From Chiloscyllium plagiosum (lineage: Eukaryota), in the NCBI RefSeq assembly GCF_004010195.1, contig NC_057713.1, forward strand, positions 41,449,081-41,513,080: 64,000 nucleotides of DNA. The letters run 5' to 3'. Shown in pieces: positions 49,912-62,991 of the stretch (its first letter is position 1; every line of letters starts with the position of its first letter). Both the position numbers and the translations under genes were made by a program. Under the pieces are notes generated by a model. The model made no database searches. It was not told the origin of the DNA and worked only from the letters and a program-made list of their open reading frames with translations.

Positions 49912-52165
49912 TAAAAGATATAGTACTGTTCGGAGAATTCAGCCCCTCAAGCTTGTTTCTGCCTTTTAATATGAACATGGCTGATTTCATCTCAACATCA
50001 ATTTGACTTTCCTGTCTGTTCTCAATATCAGTTCAACCCATTACTGATTAAAAGTCTGTCTACCACTTTCTAAATTTACTCAATGTCCTGACATTCACCA
50101 CACTCAGCCTAATAAATTTCACAGATTAATGGCCCTTTAAAAGAAGTAATTTCTTCCTACCTCCGTTTTAAATCTGCTTTCCCTTATCCTAAAACTATGA
50201 CCTCTCATTCTCAATTGCCCCACAAGAGGGAACATTCTGTCTGCATCTACTTTGTCAATCCACTGTAGCAACTTACGTACCTCAATTTGATCTCCTCTCA
50301 TTGTTCCAAACTCTAGAGAGTACAGGTCTGAACTACTCAATCTCTCTTTGTAAGACAAGCCCTTTCCCTCTGAAATCAATCTAGTGAATGTCCTCTGAAT
50401 TGCCTCCATGCAGAACAGCACTCCAGAAATTGGACGCAATATAGGTGTCATCTCATTAATACCTTATACAGCTGCAGCAATGCTTCACTACTTTAAATAT
50501 GTGCATATTAAATGTAAATTCCATTTCCCTTTCTTATTACTTGCGGTACCTGCATATTAGTTTTCTGCGATACAAGCATGAGGGCACCCACATCCCTCTG
50601 CACTGAAAGACTCTGAACTTTCTGTCCATTTAGACCATATGTTACTTTTCTATTTTTCCAAGCAAAATGAATAAGCTCACACTTACACACATTAAACTGC
50701 ATCTGCCAAATTTTGGCCCATTCACCATACCTATCTTCATCCATTTATAAATTTCTTATTTCTGCATTGCAATTTACTTTCTCATTTATTTTACAGTCAT
50801 CTGCAAATTTGACTATAGTATTTCCTATCCCTATATTCATGCCATTACCATTGATCATAAATAGTTTGGTCCTCGAGGAGCAAACCTTATGAATGAATGA
50901 AACAAAACCAGAAATTGCTGGAAAATCTCAGGAGGTCTGGTAGTATCTGTGGAGAGAAATCAGAGTTATTATTTTGGATTCGGTGACCCTTCCTTCAGAA
51001 CAGTTCTGAAGAAGGGTCACGGAACCCAAAATGTTAACTCTGATTTGCCGTACAGATGCTGCCAGACCTGCTGAACTTTGTCAGCAATTTCTGTTTTCGG
51101 TTCTGATTTCCAGCAACCACGATTTGTTTTTTTTTTATCTTGCGAATGAATGAATGATTTTATTGTTACATGTATTCTACAGTGAAAATTACAGTAAAAT
51201 ACAATGAAATCCTTCTACTGTCACCATGATCTGGAACCATTTTGAATTCTGCTGCTGCCAAAACTGGACCCGACCGATATCAAATTCGCTAATCCTCAGG
51301 CGCCAACTTTCATCACTGGTTCGACGCTGACGTTGCCTCCGTTGACGTGACAGCCAATACTGGGTCCCGTACTCACCCCTCCACCAACATCCTCAATGCC
51401 GCCGCCAGAACCCACTCCAGGCTCACCGATCACTGCCATAATCTGTGGTTATAATTGTGGTGCCCCACTAATTACATATTGCCAACCTGAAGAAGACTCA
51501 TTTATCCTGACTCTCTCCTTTCTGCTGGTTAGCCAATCCTCTATCCATGCTAAATTACCTCTAACCTCATGCAATTTCACACTTCTTTTCACAACTTACT
51601 CTCCTACCTATCCATGTGTCATCAACAAACTTCGCAGCCTTATCTTTGATCCCTTCATGAAGATGTTGATTTGGATTGTAAAATGTTGAGGCCACAACAC
51701 ATTGTGGTACACATGTCATTACACCTTGCCAACTTGAAAATAACTAATTTATTCGCTGAAGATGGCCCATTTATTTTCTGAAAATGACTGATTTAGGTCA
51801 ACTTTCTGTTTTCCCATTAACTAGCCAATCCAGGCTAATATTATATCACCAAGTGCATGAACTTTTACTTTATCACAGCTAGCTTTGATGTGGCACATAT
51901 CAAATGACTTTCTCCAAATTTAAGCACAGAATATCCACTAATTCCCCTTTATCTGGGGTGCATGTCATTTCTTCAAGAAGTCCAATAACTTGGTTGAATA
52001 TAGTTTCCCTTTGACGAAAACTGCCTGATTAACTTTTTTTATGTAGCTTGTTGTAACATTTTTAATAATGGATTTAAACATCTTCACTTTGACAGATTTT
52101 AGACTAACTGGCCTGTAGTCTACTGCTTTTGGTTTTCTTCTCTTTTTGAATAAACATTGCCATTC
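49912..52165 (-). mobile_element. Degraded CR1 pieces with nested inserts
   Basis: IQRTFTRLI, WAKIWQMQFNVCKCELIHF, DYRPVSLKSV motifs. Confidence 0.8.
50902..51138. mobile_element. Fold-back PLE pLTR cassette (family C)
   Basis: Arms meet at CTTCAGAAC-A-GTTCTGAAG (~51002); flanks CTTATGAATGAATGAA / CTTGCGAATGAATGAA. Confidence 0.85.
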
Positions 52166-54419
52166 CTGCAATCCTGAGATCTCCTCCCAGGCAGCTCTGT
52201 GGATGCATCCATTCCACATTCACTGCAGCAGTTCTTGAAGGAGGTTCAGCACCAACTCCTCAAGGGCAAATAGGGATGGTTTAGAAATGTTGGTTTTGTC
52301 CGAAACACACACATCCCAAGTACATGTTTGTTTTATAGTATAATGAGTATGACTATAACCCTATATTTTAAAAATAAGAAAAGCATAACAAAAGTGTTTT
52401 ATTTTACTAATCAGAATGACTGAGGATCTGTGGGTAAATGATTTCCAACTTGCCAGAACAGTCAATTGTTTGATAAAGCTTCATGATGCATTATTAGGAA
52501 ACTTGCATTCTGAAATCGACAGAACATTATACAGCTTTAAATTGGATTATCAATTCAATAATGTGTGCTTTCCAAAGGAAAGGACATGGTTTCGTTTCTT
52601 GCATCTGTGAATGTAGGTGGATTGTCTGGAAATTTGTTAACAACAATTTTAATGAGATTTTATAAAAAACCTTTGAGGTGAATCATTCAGTGTTTTAGAA
52701 AATGAAGAGTAGAAGAGAAAAAAAGGACTGTTGTCTTATGTCCCTCATGAAGTGCCATATGACATATGGAAACAGAGGCAGAAGCAGTTTCCTTTTAGAA
52801 ATGTAGGAGCATCTAGAAAATCAGTGAGAGAGCATATCATTCATGGAGAAAGGCCTGAAAGAGTAACTGTGCAGTTTAGCCATCTCCCAAACAGTCAGGG
52901 CTGGAGAAAAGAAGTCCTGAGTGGTTTGATACCTGTATGAGAAGCTCACAAAAGAGAAGGGTTTGGAAGAGGAGTTTAAGGAATCTATGTTAAGAATTAA
53001 GTGAACCTTGTTAATATTTGTTTAAAAGTCTCATGATGATACATTAACTAAAGAAGATGGTGTGAACGCAGAAAGAAACAAGGTATAGTTATGCAAACCA
53101 AATGAGAAATGTTGAAGTAGAAAGAAGGTAGGTCATCACTGAGGTTTGTCTATTGTTTTGATAGTCGGAATTGTTGACATTTTATTTCTAATATTTGCAA
53201 TAACAGTCATTTTAAATAGTTCTTCTAATCTAAAATAGATGAGCTTATTCCCTTTTACTTGGAACAAGCTTTGCATTTCTTTTGTTAAAATTGTACTGGC
53301 AGCCTCTTGTGAATATATTCAGTGACTGAGGCCATGGTAAACAAATTGCAAAATGCATGCTCTATCAAGCCAGGTTTCATTTTTGGATCTGACCTGCTTG
53401 GTGTGAGCATCAGCTGGGATCATATCAAAATGCACGATGTGTAGATTATATGTGTCATTATATTTATAAATGTATATGCATTAATGTATGTCTAAGCATT
53501 TGTATGTTTGTTTATTAAATGCAGATGATCATAGTATGAATCTTTACATGCTTAAGTAAAAATCAGTCAATGCTTGGCTTGTAATCAAACTCTGTGAGCT
53601 ATCAGTATAAAGACTGTGAAATTGGAATCCCTCCTCCTACCCTATTCACTCTCATTATAAGTTCTGTGTTCCAACTAAAACCACCCAGGTTGCATTTTTT
53701 CCACTTTAATTGCTGATATTCTCCAGGCTTTTTTGTTTGAAAAATATATGACTCACAAGAAACTATCTATCAGCCAGCTGGAAGTCATGTATAGTTACTT
53801 TTCATGCTCAGTTTTTCCATTCCAGGGACTAGGTTCAGTGGTCAAGTTGTCTAAAAGAGGCAGGAAGTGAAAAACTGCTTCATGTCTTGTAGATTGAAAG
53901 CAGTTCTGAACATTTAAAATCTTATGGAATACAGTTCCACAAGCAGGTTAAAAGAGCTATGCTCCAATAACCTGTTTGGCAGACAAGGATTTAAATTATA
54001 AGGTTTTTGTTCCTTCAGATTGTCTTGAAAAGAGCAGCAGGCAATCAGTCTCCTTGTGTAGCAGCAGGATAATTTCAGGACGTATCCAGATCACATGCTG
54101 CACTTCCAGGCTCTGATTTCAACCTTTGTGACAAATGCATCAGTAATTTGGTCAATTTTCTGCTGTACCACACAGTGGGACATTTCACGATCAAATGACA
54201 GCTATTGGCTGGAAAGGGAAATCTTGGCTCACACATTTATGGACAGTGCACGCCTCCTGCTGGCCATTCCATAAAGTTACATTGTTCTTTCTGCTCTGGT
54301 ATCACTCTGTTTTACTTTCTTGGATTGAGAATCACAGCGACTGTGCCAAAGGCCTTTCGTAGAAAATATAAAGTGAACATGATGAATTTGGAAATATAAA
54401 CCATCAGCTGACTTCAATA

Positions 54420-55285
54420 ATTATGAGACTGCTTGTCTGAAATCCAATACCGCATGAGCAGAAATTTCTTCCAATTAAATACTGGGAACACTGTATTCAG
54501 TCATTGTTTTCATCGCTTACTCTTTATTCGCACTACTGACTCCACCCATCTCCTGGGCAACAGCTTGAGTTTAAGGCAGTCTGCTCCTAACCTTGGCATC
54601 ACATGTGATCCTAACAAACTATTTATATTCATGTTATCACTAAGGCCTCCCATTTCCACCTGCAGTAGACTGTCCAACTTTACCCTTATCTCAGCTCATC
54701 CATCACCAAAACCTTAATTCATGCCTTTAGCTTCTCCAGGTTTGACAATTCCAACATTGTCCAGGTTGGTCTCCCACTTTCTACTCTCTATAAACTTGAG
54801 CTCACCCAAAATTCTGCTTCTCACATGTCTTAAATTGCAGCAAGACTCATTCCCCTATCACCACTGTGTTAGTTGAACACATTAGTTCCTCACCAAGTCA
54901 ACTTTATTGTTTTCACATTTATCCATGGGCTTAGTCTTGCCTTTCTTTATAAAAACTTCTCCAGCCCCACAACCTTCCAAAGTATCTGCACACTTCAACA
55001 CCTGGCATCCTGTGCCTTGCTAATTTTAACTGATCCACTATTGGTACTGATGTTTTTGTTTGTTTAGAGTTCATGTTCAGAATTACTCACCCTAACAATT
55101 CTCTGCTTTGGTATTTGGCTTTCCTGTGTTAAGAATCTCCATCAGGCCTAGAGCTTTGACTCAATTTTATGGTCATCTGATCTAATAGCTTCTTATGTGA
55201 CTCAGTATAATACCTTGTCTTACAATGGGAAGTGCTGTGTGATATTTAGTTATATTAAAGATGCTATAACAGTATAAGTTGTTTA
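54420..55285 (+). mobile_element. L2 LINE 3' fragment
   Basis: CLSEIQYRMSRNFFQLNTGNT, NLGITCDP; tail TATATTAAAGATGCTATA...TAAGTTGTT. Confidence 0.75.
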
Positions 55286-56029
55286 AATAATTATAATAAA
55301 AATAGTTAAATTAGATACATCTACTGGTACCTTCTACTAATGATTGTCATGGCATATATTTATTTTATATGTGCAAAAATGGTTGGTCACAAACCAGGGA
55401 GACATGAGTAATGGACAGCCAGATCAATGGCTCAGACCTCCAGATTCTCACAGCCTTATGAAGTCAAGTTAGCGAATAGATGTCAAGTTTATTTAATTAC
55501 TTGTCACTTGTCTTTAAATGCTATGAAATGGGATTAGTTTAGTGCAGCACCCCCACGAGTAGTCTTTATCAATGTTTATGCATTATAGTCATTAATCCAT
55601 TGATTCATGCTTTATTTTTCTCTGACTCAAAATCTGATAACTTCTATGCTATCTTCCTATGTTCCTGAGCCAACACCAACTTTATTGTATTACAACTTTC
55701 CATTTACCAATAGTCAACTACAACATGAAGAAAATGACAAACCAATTAGTAATAAGGTTGACTTATGTTAACAAGTTAGGGACTGGTTTGAGTTTAAAAC
55801 TCACTTGATTCCATTACCAAACAGCACATTTAATTAAACATGCATGAGACAAATATCGCCAGCAGTTGGGTACAGTTTTGTGCAGCAGGACCTGCATTAC
55901 AATTTCAAGCAGTAGAGTACAACGTCTCTCGTGTGTAACCCACAAAATTAGAGGTGAAAGATTGTACTGGCTAAAAATCAGATATCCAGCCAACCAGGCC
56001 CAAAATTTTACCTGAAAATCCCACCCCAC

Positions 56030-56300
56030 GAAACAATGAGACAAGAGTGCAAATCAGGGGAATCCATATTGGGATTTTCGACGAGGTTAAGACAACTGGC
56101 AGATACATGTAACTATGGTTTAATCCTCAATGAAGTGCTGAGAGACCATTTGGTATGTGAGATTAAAGATTTATCCGTGCAAAAGCACCTGCTAGTTGAA
56201 GCCCAATTGAACTTCAAACAGGCATTACAACTGGGCTTTGTCATTGGAAAATGCAGCAAGTGGAGCATATGAGCTACAGGGTAGGCTAACGGAAGTTCAT
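56030..56300 (+). mobile_element. Ty3/Gypsy gag remnant
   Basis: GESILGFSTRLRQLADTCNYG..LNEVLRDHLVCEIKD.SVQKHLL.E..LNFKQAL matches the Gypsy gag GES..F...LR.LA..C.FG...LRDRLV.GI.D pattern. Confidence 0.8.
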
Positions 56301-56304
56301 ATCC

Positions 56305-56930
56305 TTGTCAAAAGAGAAAATGCTGGAAAATCTCAGCAGGTCTGGCAGCATCTGTAAGGAGAGAAAGGAGCTGACGTTTTAAGTCTAACTGACCCTTTGT
56401 CAAAGTAAAAAAAAAGGAGAAATAGGGAGGTATTTATGCAAGGCTGAGAGAAGGTGAGTCATGACTCCAGAAGCAAAGATAGCAATAAAGAGGTGATAAT
56501 GACAGTGCATAGAGAGATTATAGGGAGATTAGGAGCTGTGAATGATCATGGCTGAAGCCGGTGCTATGTGACAAAATATGGGAGGGATGGGGGGATGGGT
56601 GCAGCAGAGGCAAAATGAAAAACAGGGGAGAAGGGTAGCAAGGGGGAAGAGGAGAGGAAAAAGGTGATGAGAGAGTGGGTAAGAGAGAGATAGAGAGACA
56701 ATCAAGAAATAAGAGGTACAGAACAGTGAAAAAATATTTTTAAAGGGGTAAATAAAATAAATGAAATAAAATTGTGGAGCTCAATGAAAACAGAGGGGTC
56801 GAGATGGGATAATCATCTGAAGTTTTTGAATGCAATGTTGAGACCAGCAGGCTGTAACGTGCCTAGTCGGAAGATGAGATGCTGTTCCTCCAGTTTGCAT
56901 TGAGCTTCACTGGAACATTGCACTGGAACA
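56305..56930 (-). mobile_element. PLE 3' fragment (family C related)
   Basis: Minus strand CSSEAQCKLEEQHLIFRLGTLQPAGLNIAFKNFR*, then a pyrimidine-rich spacer and pLTR. Confidence 0.85.
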
Positions 56931-57829
56931 CTAGCTTGCCTCATGCACCCAGAATGTCTCAGAAGAAATTCATTCTCTTCTTCAGGTAGCAAGTTGTTGA
57001 TGTAGTAACATCTTCTGTGACCATTTTAGATTCCAAGGTATCTTCAATGCTTCATGGAGAGAGAGAACCCACAGGTTCCAGAGCTGTCGGAAAGCCAGGC
57101 ATGTTTTGCTCCCACACTGTTTGCAAATATCTGAATTTTATATGTCAATGGACCTGACCTCATGTCGATCATGCCCCTTACCCATGAAGGGCCATTCCTG
57201 TGGTTCCTACACCAAACTTCATCCCCTGAAGTAAACTATATCTCTCGCTTAGCAGAGTCTTGTGTCCAGCATTGGCATTCCTGATGCTGTTTCACAGGCA
57301 AAGTATTATAACCCCAATGTACATTTTAATAGCCAGCTAAAGCTATTATTGATTACCATATTGTAGGATTAATTCATACCACAATGATTTCCTTGTTAGT
57401 TATGTTGGAGTCAGCTTTTCATCTGAAAATACAAATAAACCTTTTCAGCCTGCAGCACTTTGAACAGCTACAGACACCTTGCTGACCCTTCAAAATAATT
57501 TGCCCAATCCTTTCAAAGCTCTTTGCTGCAGGCAATCCTGGACTACTCCCAAGTGAATCAGATTTAAAGTTGATTTACTATATCATAACAAAGCACTTAA
57601 GTTTCACTGAATGTGGCATTCTCTGTGCCTGCTCCTTATTTGCAATTTCTGTCCTTAACTGCATGCAAGCTAAAATTACATTTATTTATAAAGATCAAAA
57701 GACGAATTTAAAAAGGCCAAAGTGCTGCTGTAACTCTGCATGTTAGTGTGAGCTATAATAAATTTTATCGTTCCTAGTATTTAGTTCAAGATATACGGGG
57801 AGGAAGGGGGAAGGGTCAGGGTAGTGAAA

Positions 57830-59250
57830 TATAACCATATTCGATGGAAAAAGGATAAAATTAGAGACTGTTTATGCAAAAGTACATTAAAGGTAGATAT
57901 GATGATGGCATAAATAGAAATTGACATGAGATAATGGCCATTACATTGATATGATTGCAAGGTTAATAAGGCTAGGAACTGAATATTCAGTAATATTTGA
58001 CATTTTGGAACAACAGGCAGAAAGGTAAATAAGATACAATAGCTCTTTAATGTACAATGAGTTCAGTGCAGTAATGTGAAAGGCTCTTGATTCAGAAAAT
58101 TAAGATATGGTGTCCATTTGGGAGAAGGTCAGCAAAGCAAGGGAAAGAAGTCACCATTCGGAGTTGCCTATGAATCCCTGAATAGTAGCTACCTGCAGGA
58201 TGAAGCTTAAATCAAGAAATAATTCGGGCATGTCAGAAAGATGTTAGAATAATTATTGCTACTTCAATCTTCATACTTCATCTCATAAATTCTTTGCAAT
58301 TCACATAGTTGGATTGTGTCAGCAATGGCATGCTGATATATTCCATTCTCAGGGTAAGGAAATTTATCCCAAGCCTATCACAGTTGTAACAGGAACTGAA
58401 ACTGCACTGGCTGCATTGTTTCACACTGCATGCTAGCAATTTAGCCAATTGATATAACCAGACCCAAATCTGGTAAAAGAATGTATTTAGAACGGCTTCT
58501 TAGACTGATGCATTGTATAACCAAACAAGTAACAGGTTATTTTAAGTCCAATCATGTGTACTGAGACAGGATTAATTAATGATCTTACAGTAAAGAATCT
58601 CTTGGAAGAATAATTATACCAGGTTGAAATTTCACATTCAGTTTGATAGTGAGTAACCTGGATCAAACACTAGTTCTTACATTTAAATAAAGGCAAATGC
58701 AATGGTTGGATTGAAAACTAGATTTAAAAAGGATAAAATGGTGGATAAGCAGTGTTAGATATTTAAGGAGGTACTTCATATGTTTCCGCTCAGATATATT
58801 TCATTGAGAAATAAGAACTTATGAGAATGATAAACTATATATGATGAACAAAAGAAATTAAGAATGAGATGAAATTGAAAGAGAAGTCATACAATGTTGT
58901 GAAGATTAGTCATGATATAGAGATGCCGGTGTTGGACTGGGGTGTGCAAAGCTAAAAATCAAACAACATCAGGTTATAGTCCAACAGATTTAATTGGAAG
59001 CACACTAGCTTTTGGAGCACTGCTCCTTCATCAGGTGGTTGTAGCTATAACCATCTGATGAAGGAGCGTCGCTCCGAAAGCTAGTGCTTCCAATTAAACC
59101 TGTTGGACTATAACCTGGTGTTGTGGGATTTTTAACTGCGAAGATTAGTGGTATGGCAAAAGATTGGGAAATTTTAGAAACCAGTGAAGGATGAGGAAAA
59201 ATTGAAAACAAAGAAAGCAAATAGACTGTCAGAGTGGACTTGTAGGAAGG
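57830..59250 (+). mobile_element. Very degraded CR1 endonuclease/linker region
   Basis: Remnants resembling NA.SI...DI.AIT..WL and GV.Y.P motifs; many stops. Confidence 0.5.
58911..59136. mobile_element. Fold-back PLE pLTR cassette (family B); intact + core at 59055-59083
   Basis: CTGATGA-A-GGAGC-GTC-GCTCC-GAAA-GCTA; TSD TG(T/C)GAAGATTAGT at 58898-58910 and 59137-59149. Confidence 0.9.
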
Positions 59251-59819
59251 CTAATGATTAACAAAGCTTTAGTTTAGTTATTTTGACCTAATCCAGAAAG
59301 TGAGGTACTAATATAATATTCTGCTTAACTGAAGTCAACGTAAGACACATTTTATTTAAGTCAGTATTGCCACATGGTTAAATTTAAGAATATATTGGTT
59401 TGTAATGTTATTACTCCAGTGAGAGAGAGGTTTTTGTAGCTTTATTGGAGGATACAATAAAAGCTTTGAAGTGAAATACTTTTGATTTGAAATTGGCTGA
59501 GTTTAATTTAGTACCTATGGAAAAAATTCTTTAAAAAAAAAAGTATACACAACAAGCCTGTAATATGTGGGCATTATTTTGGAATTGGATTCTGTAAATT
59601 GTTTTGTACTTTTGTAGTTATTTTGACCTTTTACATGTATTGTATTCATTGAGTTTAGAATAATGAGTGGCAATCTTTTTGAAAATATAAGATTCTAGGG
59701 GAGTTGACATGGTAGATTTGGAGATCTTGTTTCCCATTGTAGGACAGTCTAGGCATATTCTCAGAATAAGGGGTTAGACATTTAAGACAGAGATAAGGAG
59801 GAATTTCTTCTCTCAGAAG

Positions 59820-61097
59820 CAGCACCTGCTCAGCAATAAGTGACACCCAGTTTGGGTTGCACCAGAGCCACTCAGCTCCTGACCTCATTACAGTCTTGGT
59901 TCAAACAAAAGAACTGAATTCCAGAGGCGTGGTAAGAGTGACAGCTCTTTGCGTCAAGGCTGTATTAAACTGAGTGTGGCATCAATTTGCCATAGCAAAA
60001 CTGGAATCAATGTGTATCATGGACAACACTCCACTGACTGGAGTCATAATTTCCACAATGGAAGATGGTTGTGGTTATTAGAGATCAGTCTCCTGGTCCT
60101 TGGACATCTCTACCGGAGTTCTCAGGATAGTGTCCTAGTCCTAAACATTTTCAGCTGCTTCATCAATGACCTTACCTCCATTATATGGGCAGAGGTGGCA
60201 CGTCCTTCGATGATTGCACAGTGTTCAATACCATTCTCAGCTCCAAATATACTGAACCAATCCATGCCCAAATGCAACTAAACTTGGATGATATCCAGGC
60301 TTGAGCTCAGAAATGTCCTAGGAATAGTTGCACTATACAATTGCCAACCAATTACCAACTCCAACAAGAGATCATTTAACTACTGTCCCTTGACATTCAA
60401 TGGTTTTGAATCCCTGAAACCCCCAAGGATATCAACCTGGTGGCAAAGTTGTGGGGGTTAACCAGAAACTGAACTGAACTAGCCATATAAAACAATAGTT
60501 ATAAAAGCAGGTCAGAGATGATAATCCTGCAGTGAGTAACTAGCCACCTGACTCCCCAAAGCTGGTCTACCATCTACAAGGCATAAATCAAGACTGTGAT
60601 TGAATACCCCCCATTTGCTTGGAAGGGTGAAGCTCCAACACCTCTCAAGAAACTTGGCACCACCCAGGACAAAGTGGCTTGCTTGATTGGCACCACATCC
60701 ACAAATATTCATTCCTTCTACCATTCAGTAGCAGCTGTGTCTACTATCTACAAGACGCACTACAGAAAATTGCCAAAAACCTTAGACACACTTTTCGAAT
60801 CCATGACCACTTCCATCTAGAAGGACAAAGGCAGCAGATACTTGGGGACACCACTACTTGCAAGTTCCCCATCAAGCCACTCACCACCCTGTCTTGGAAA
60901 TATATTGCTATTCTTTCAATGTTAGTAGGTCAAAATGCTTGAATTCCATCCCTAACAACATTGTAGATCTACTTACAGCACATAGACTTCAGTAGTTCAA
61001 AAAGGCAATTCACCACCACTTTCTGAAGGGTAAATAAGGATGGATAATAAATGTTGGTCTAGGCAGAGATGTCCACATTCCACAAATATGTAAAAAT
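59820..61097 (+). mobile_element. LINE family B, RT to 3' end
   Basis: QFGL.Q.HSAPDL, QDSVLVLNIFSCFINDL and MIEYPPFAW..APT.LKKL.TTQDK.A.LI motifs. Confidence 0.85.
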
Positions 61098-62696
61098 GTT
61101 GCATTTTCTGCACTTGCATGGTTGCTGCCAAAGATAGGGAAGGAGTATTGGGATGTTTGAGAAATGGACAAGCATGTGATGGAGGAAAGAGGCACCTCAA
61201 ATCCTCAAAAGAACTTTTGGGAATGGGGTCATCATAGATAATGGCAGAAATGATGGAGGATGATCTGTTGATTATAAAGCCTTGAGAGCTGGAAGGTAAG
61301 GGGGAGGGGAATCGTGTCATTGTTCTGGGAGGGAGGTGTAGAGATTAATGTGGAATTGTGGGAAATAAATGGACATGACTATGTCCTGTAGTTGATGTGG
61401 GGGAAGAATCTTCTGCTGAGGAAGAAGGAGGATGAATGAGAAGCACTTATATGGAAGTTTACATCTTCAAAGTAGATGTAGTGTAAGAGACAGAGAAACT
61501 ATCATTCAGACATTCACACTTTCTCCAATTGCACCATTTGTTTCTTTACTTTTCCCACTCACTTTAGCCTTGCATCATCAAATGTTTTAACATTTCTTTC
61601 TCCTATATTCCCACCCATCACAGACATTCTCTCAGAGGGTTTGTGAATCTTTGGAATTCCCTTCCCCAAAAGGCAGTGGATGCAGAACCATTAAATAAAT
61701 TTAGAGGCAGATAGATTTGAAGGAAGGAATGCCACGAGAATCATCACTGTGGCAGTGAGATGTCTCTTAGGCTCATTCATGAGCCTATGCACAGCAATTA
61801 TCTTTAAACTCAACTGGAATTAATTGTGACTCAAGAACTGAATGTGACTGACACAGGTCTCCTGCATCTCCCAAAATGCACCCAGAAAATCCTGCCAGCC
61901 TGTAAGGGGGTGGGCAGCCGTTTCTCTCAGTCAGTGCCCAGTAGTCAAAGGTAGAGGCTGCTGAAAGCTACACACATGCCCTTGCGTCTGGCTAAGATTC
62001 TTCACCAGAGAACTCTCACCCCACCAATAATAAATCTCACTCCATCTGGGGATCTAGCAACAATCCCTGAGGGTCAGTAGATTTCTAGCAAAAGTAACTG
62101 ATGGTACTGGAGAGTTGCCAATCTATTAATGGTGCTTGGAATTTTCCCCAAGGGAGGCTTTGACTGAGTTCATGGCATGTTGCTGTCCAAGTCACTGTTC
62201 TTAAAATGTGTTCAAAATTCCATGGTAAGATGATTTAGAGCTTTCACTGGTTCTCCAGCCAGAATTCAGCACTCCGATCTCCTCAAATAAATTCCACCCA
62301 TGAACTCTGTTTGTCTCTCCCTGTAGATACTCAGTGGCTATGATGCACACCGTTTATATCATGAAATTATTCCAAAACAGAATGTGTGAGTCAGTAAAAT
62401 CAAGCACATGAGAATGCAATCAATAATCACAGGTCATTACCTTACAGTGCTATACTCCATGAAGAAAATTAAAACATTGAATCTGTTCCTGCTGCTTTAA
62501 GAAGAGTGCAGGGAATGATGTGATGATGCATTCCAAGAGGTTTCAACACCCTCCTATTCAGAGGTGGATTACGTGGGGCCTTGTCACTTTGCAGTGCGAA
62601 CATTTGCATCAAAGAACACAAGAAATAGGGTGAAGGCTTTCCCATTCTCTTCATATCTGACCTGTCCAGAAATTGAATTCTAGAATTTATCTTTGA

Positions 62697-62991
62697 ATCA
62701 TAAGATCTCTCCAGTGCAGCTAGAGACCATTCAGCCCATTGAGCCTGCACCTACCCTCGAAAGAGCACCCCACCCAGACCTACACCCCACCCTATTTCCA
62801 CATTTACGTGGCTAATCTATCGAACCTACAAATCTTTAGACTGTGGGGGGAAGCCAGAGCACCCAGTCAAAACCCACGCAAACATGGGGAGAACATGCAA
62901 ACTCCACACAGAGAGTCACCCAAGACTAGAATCAAACCAAGACCCCTGGTCCTATGAGGCAGTAGTGCTAACCATGTGCCACAGTGCTGCC
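62697..62991 (-). mobile_element. HE1-like SINE, older
   Basis: GGGAGAACATGCAAACTCCACACAGA core; head at ~62990. Confidence 0.8.
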
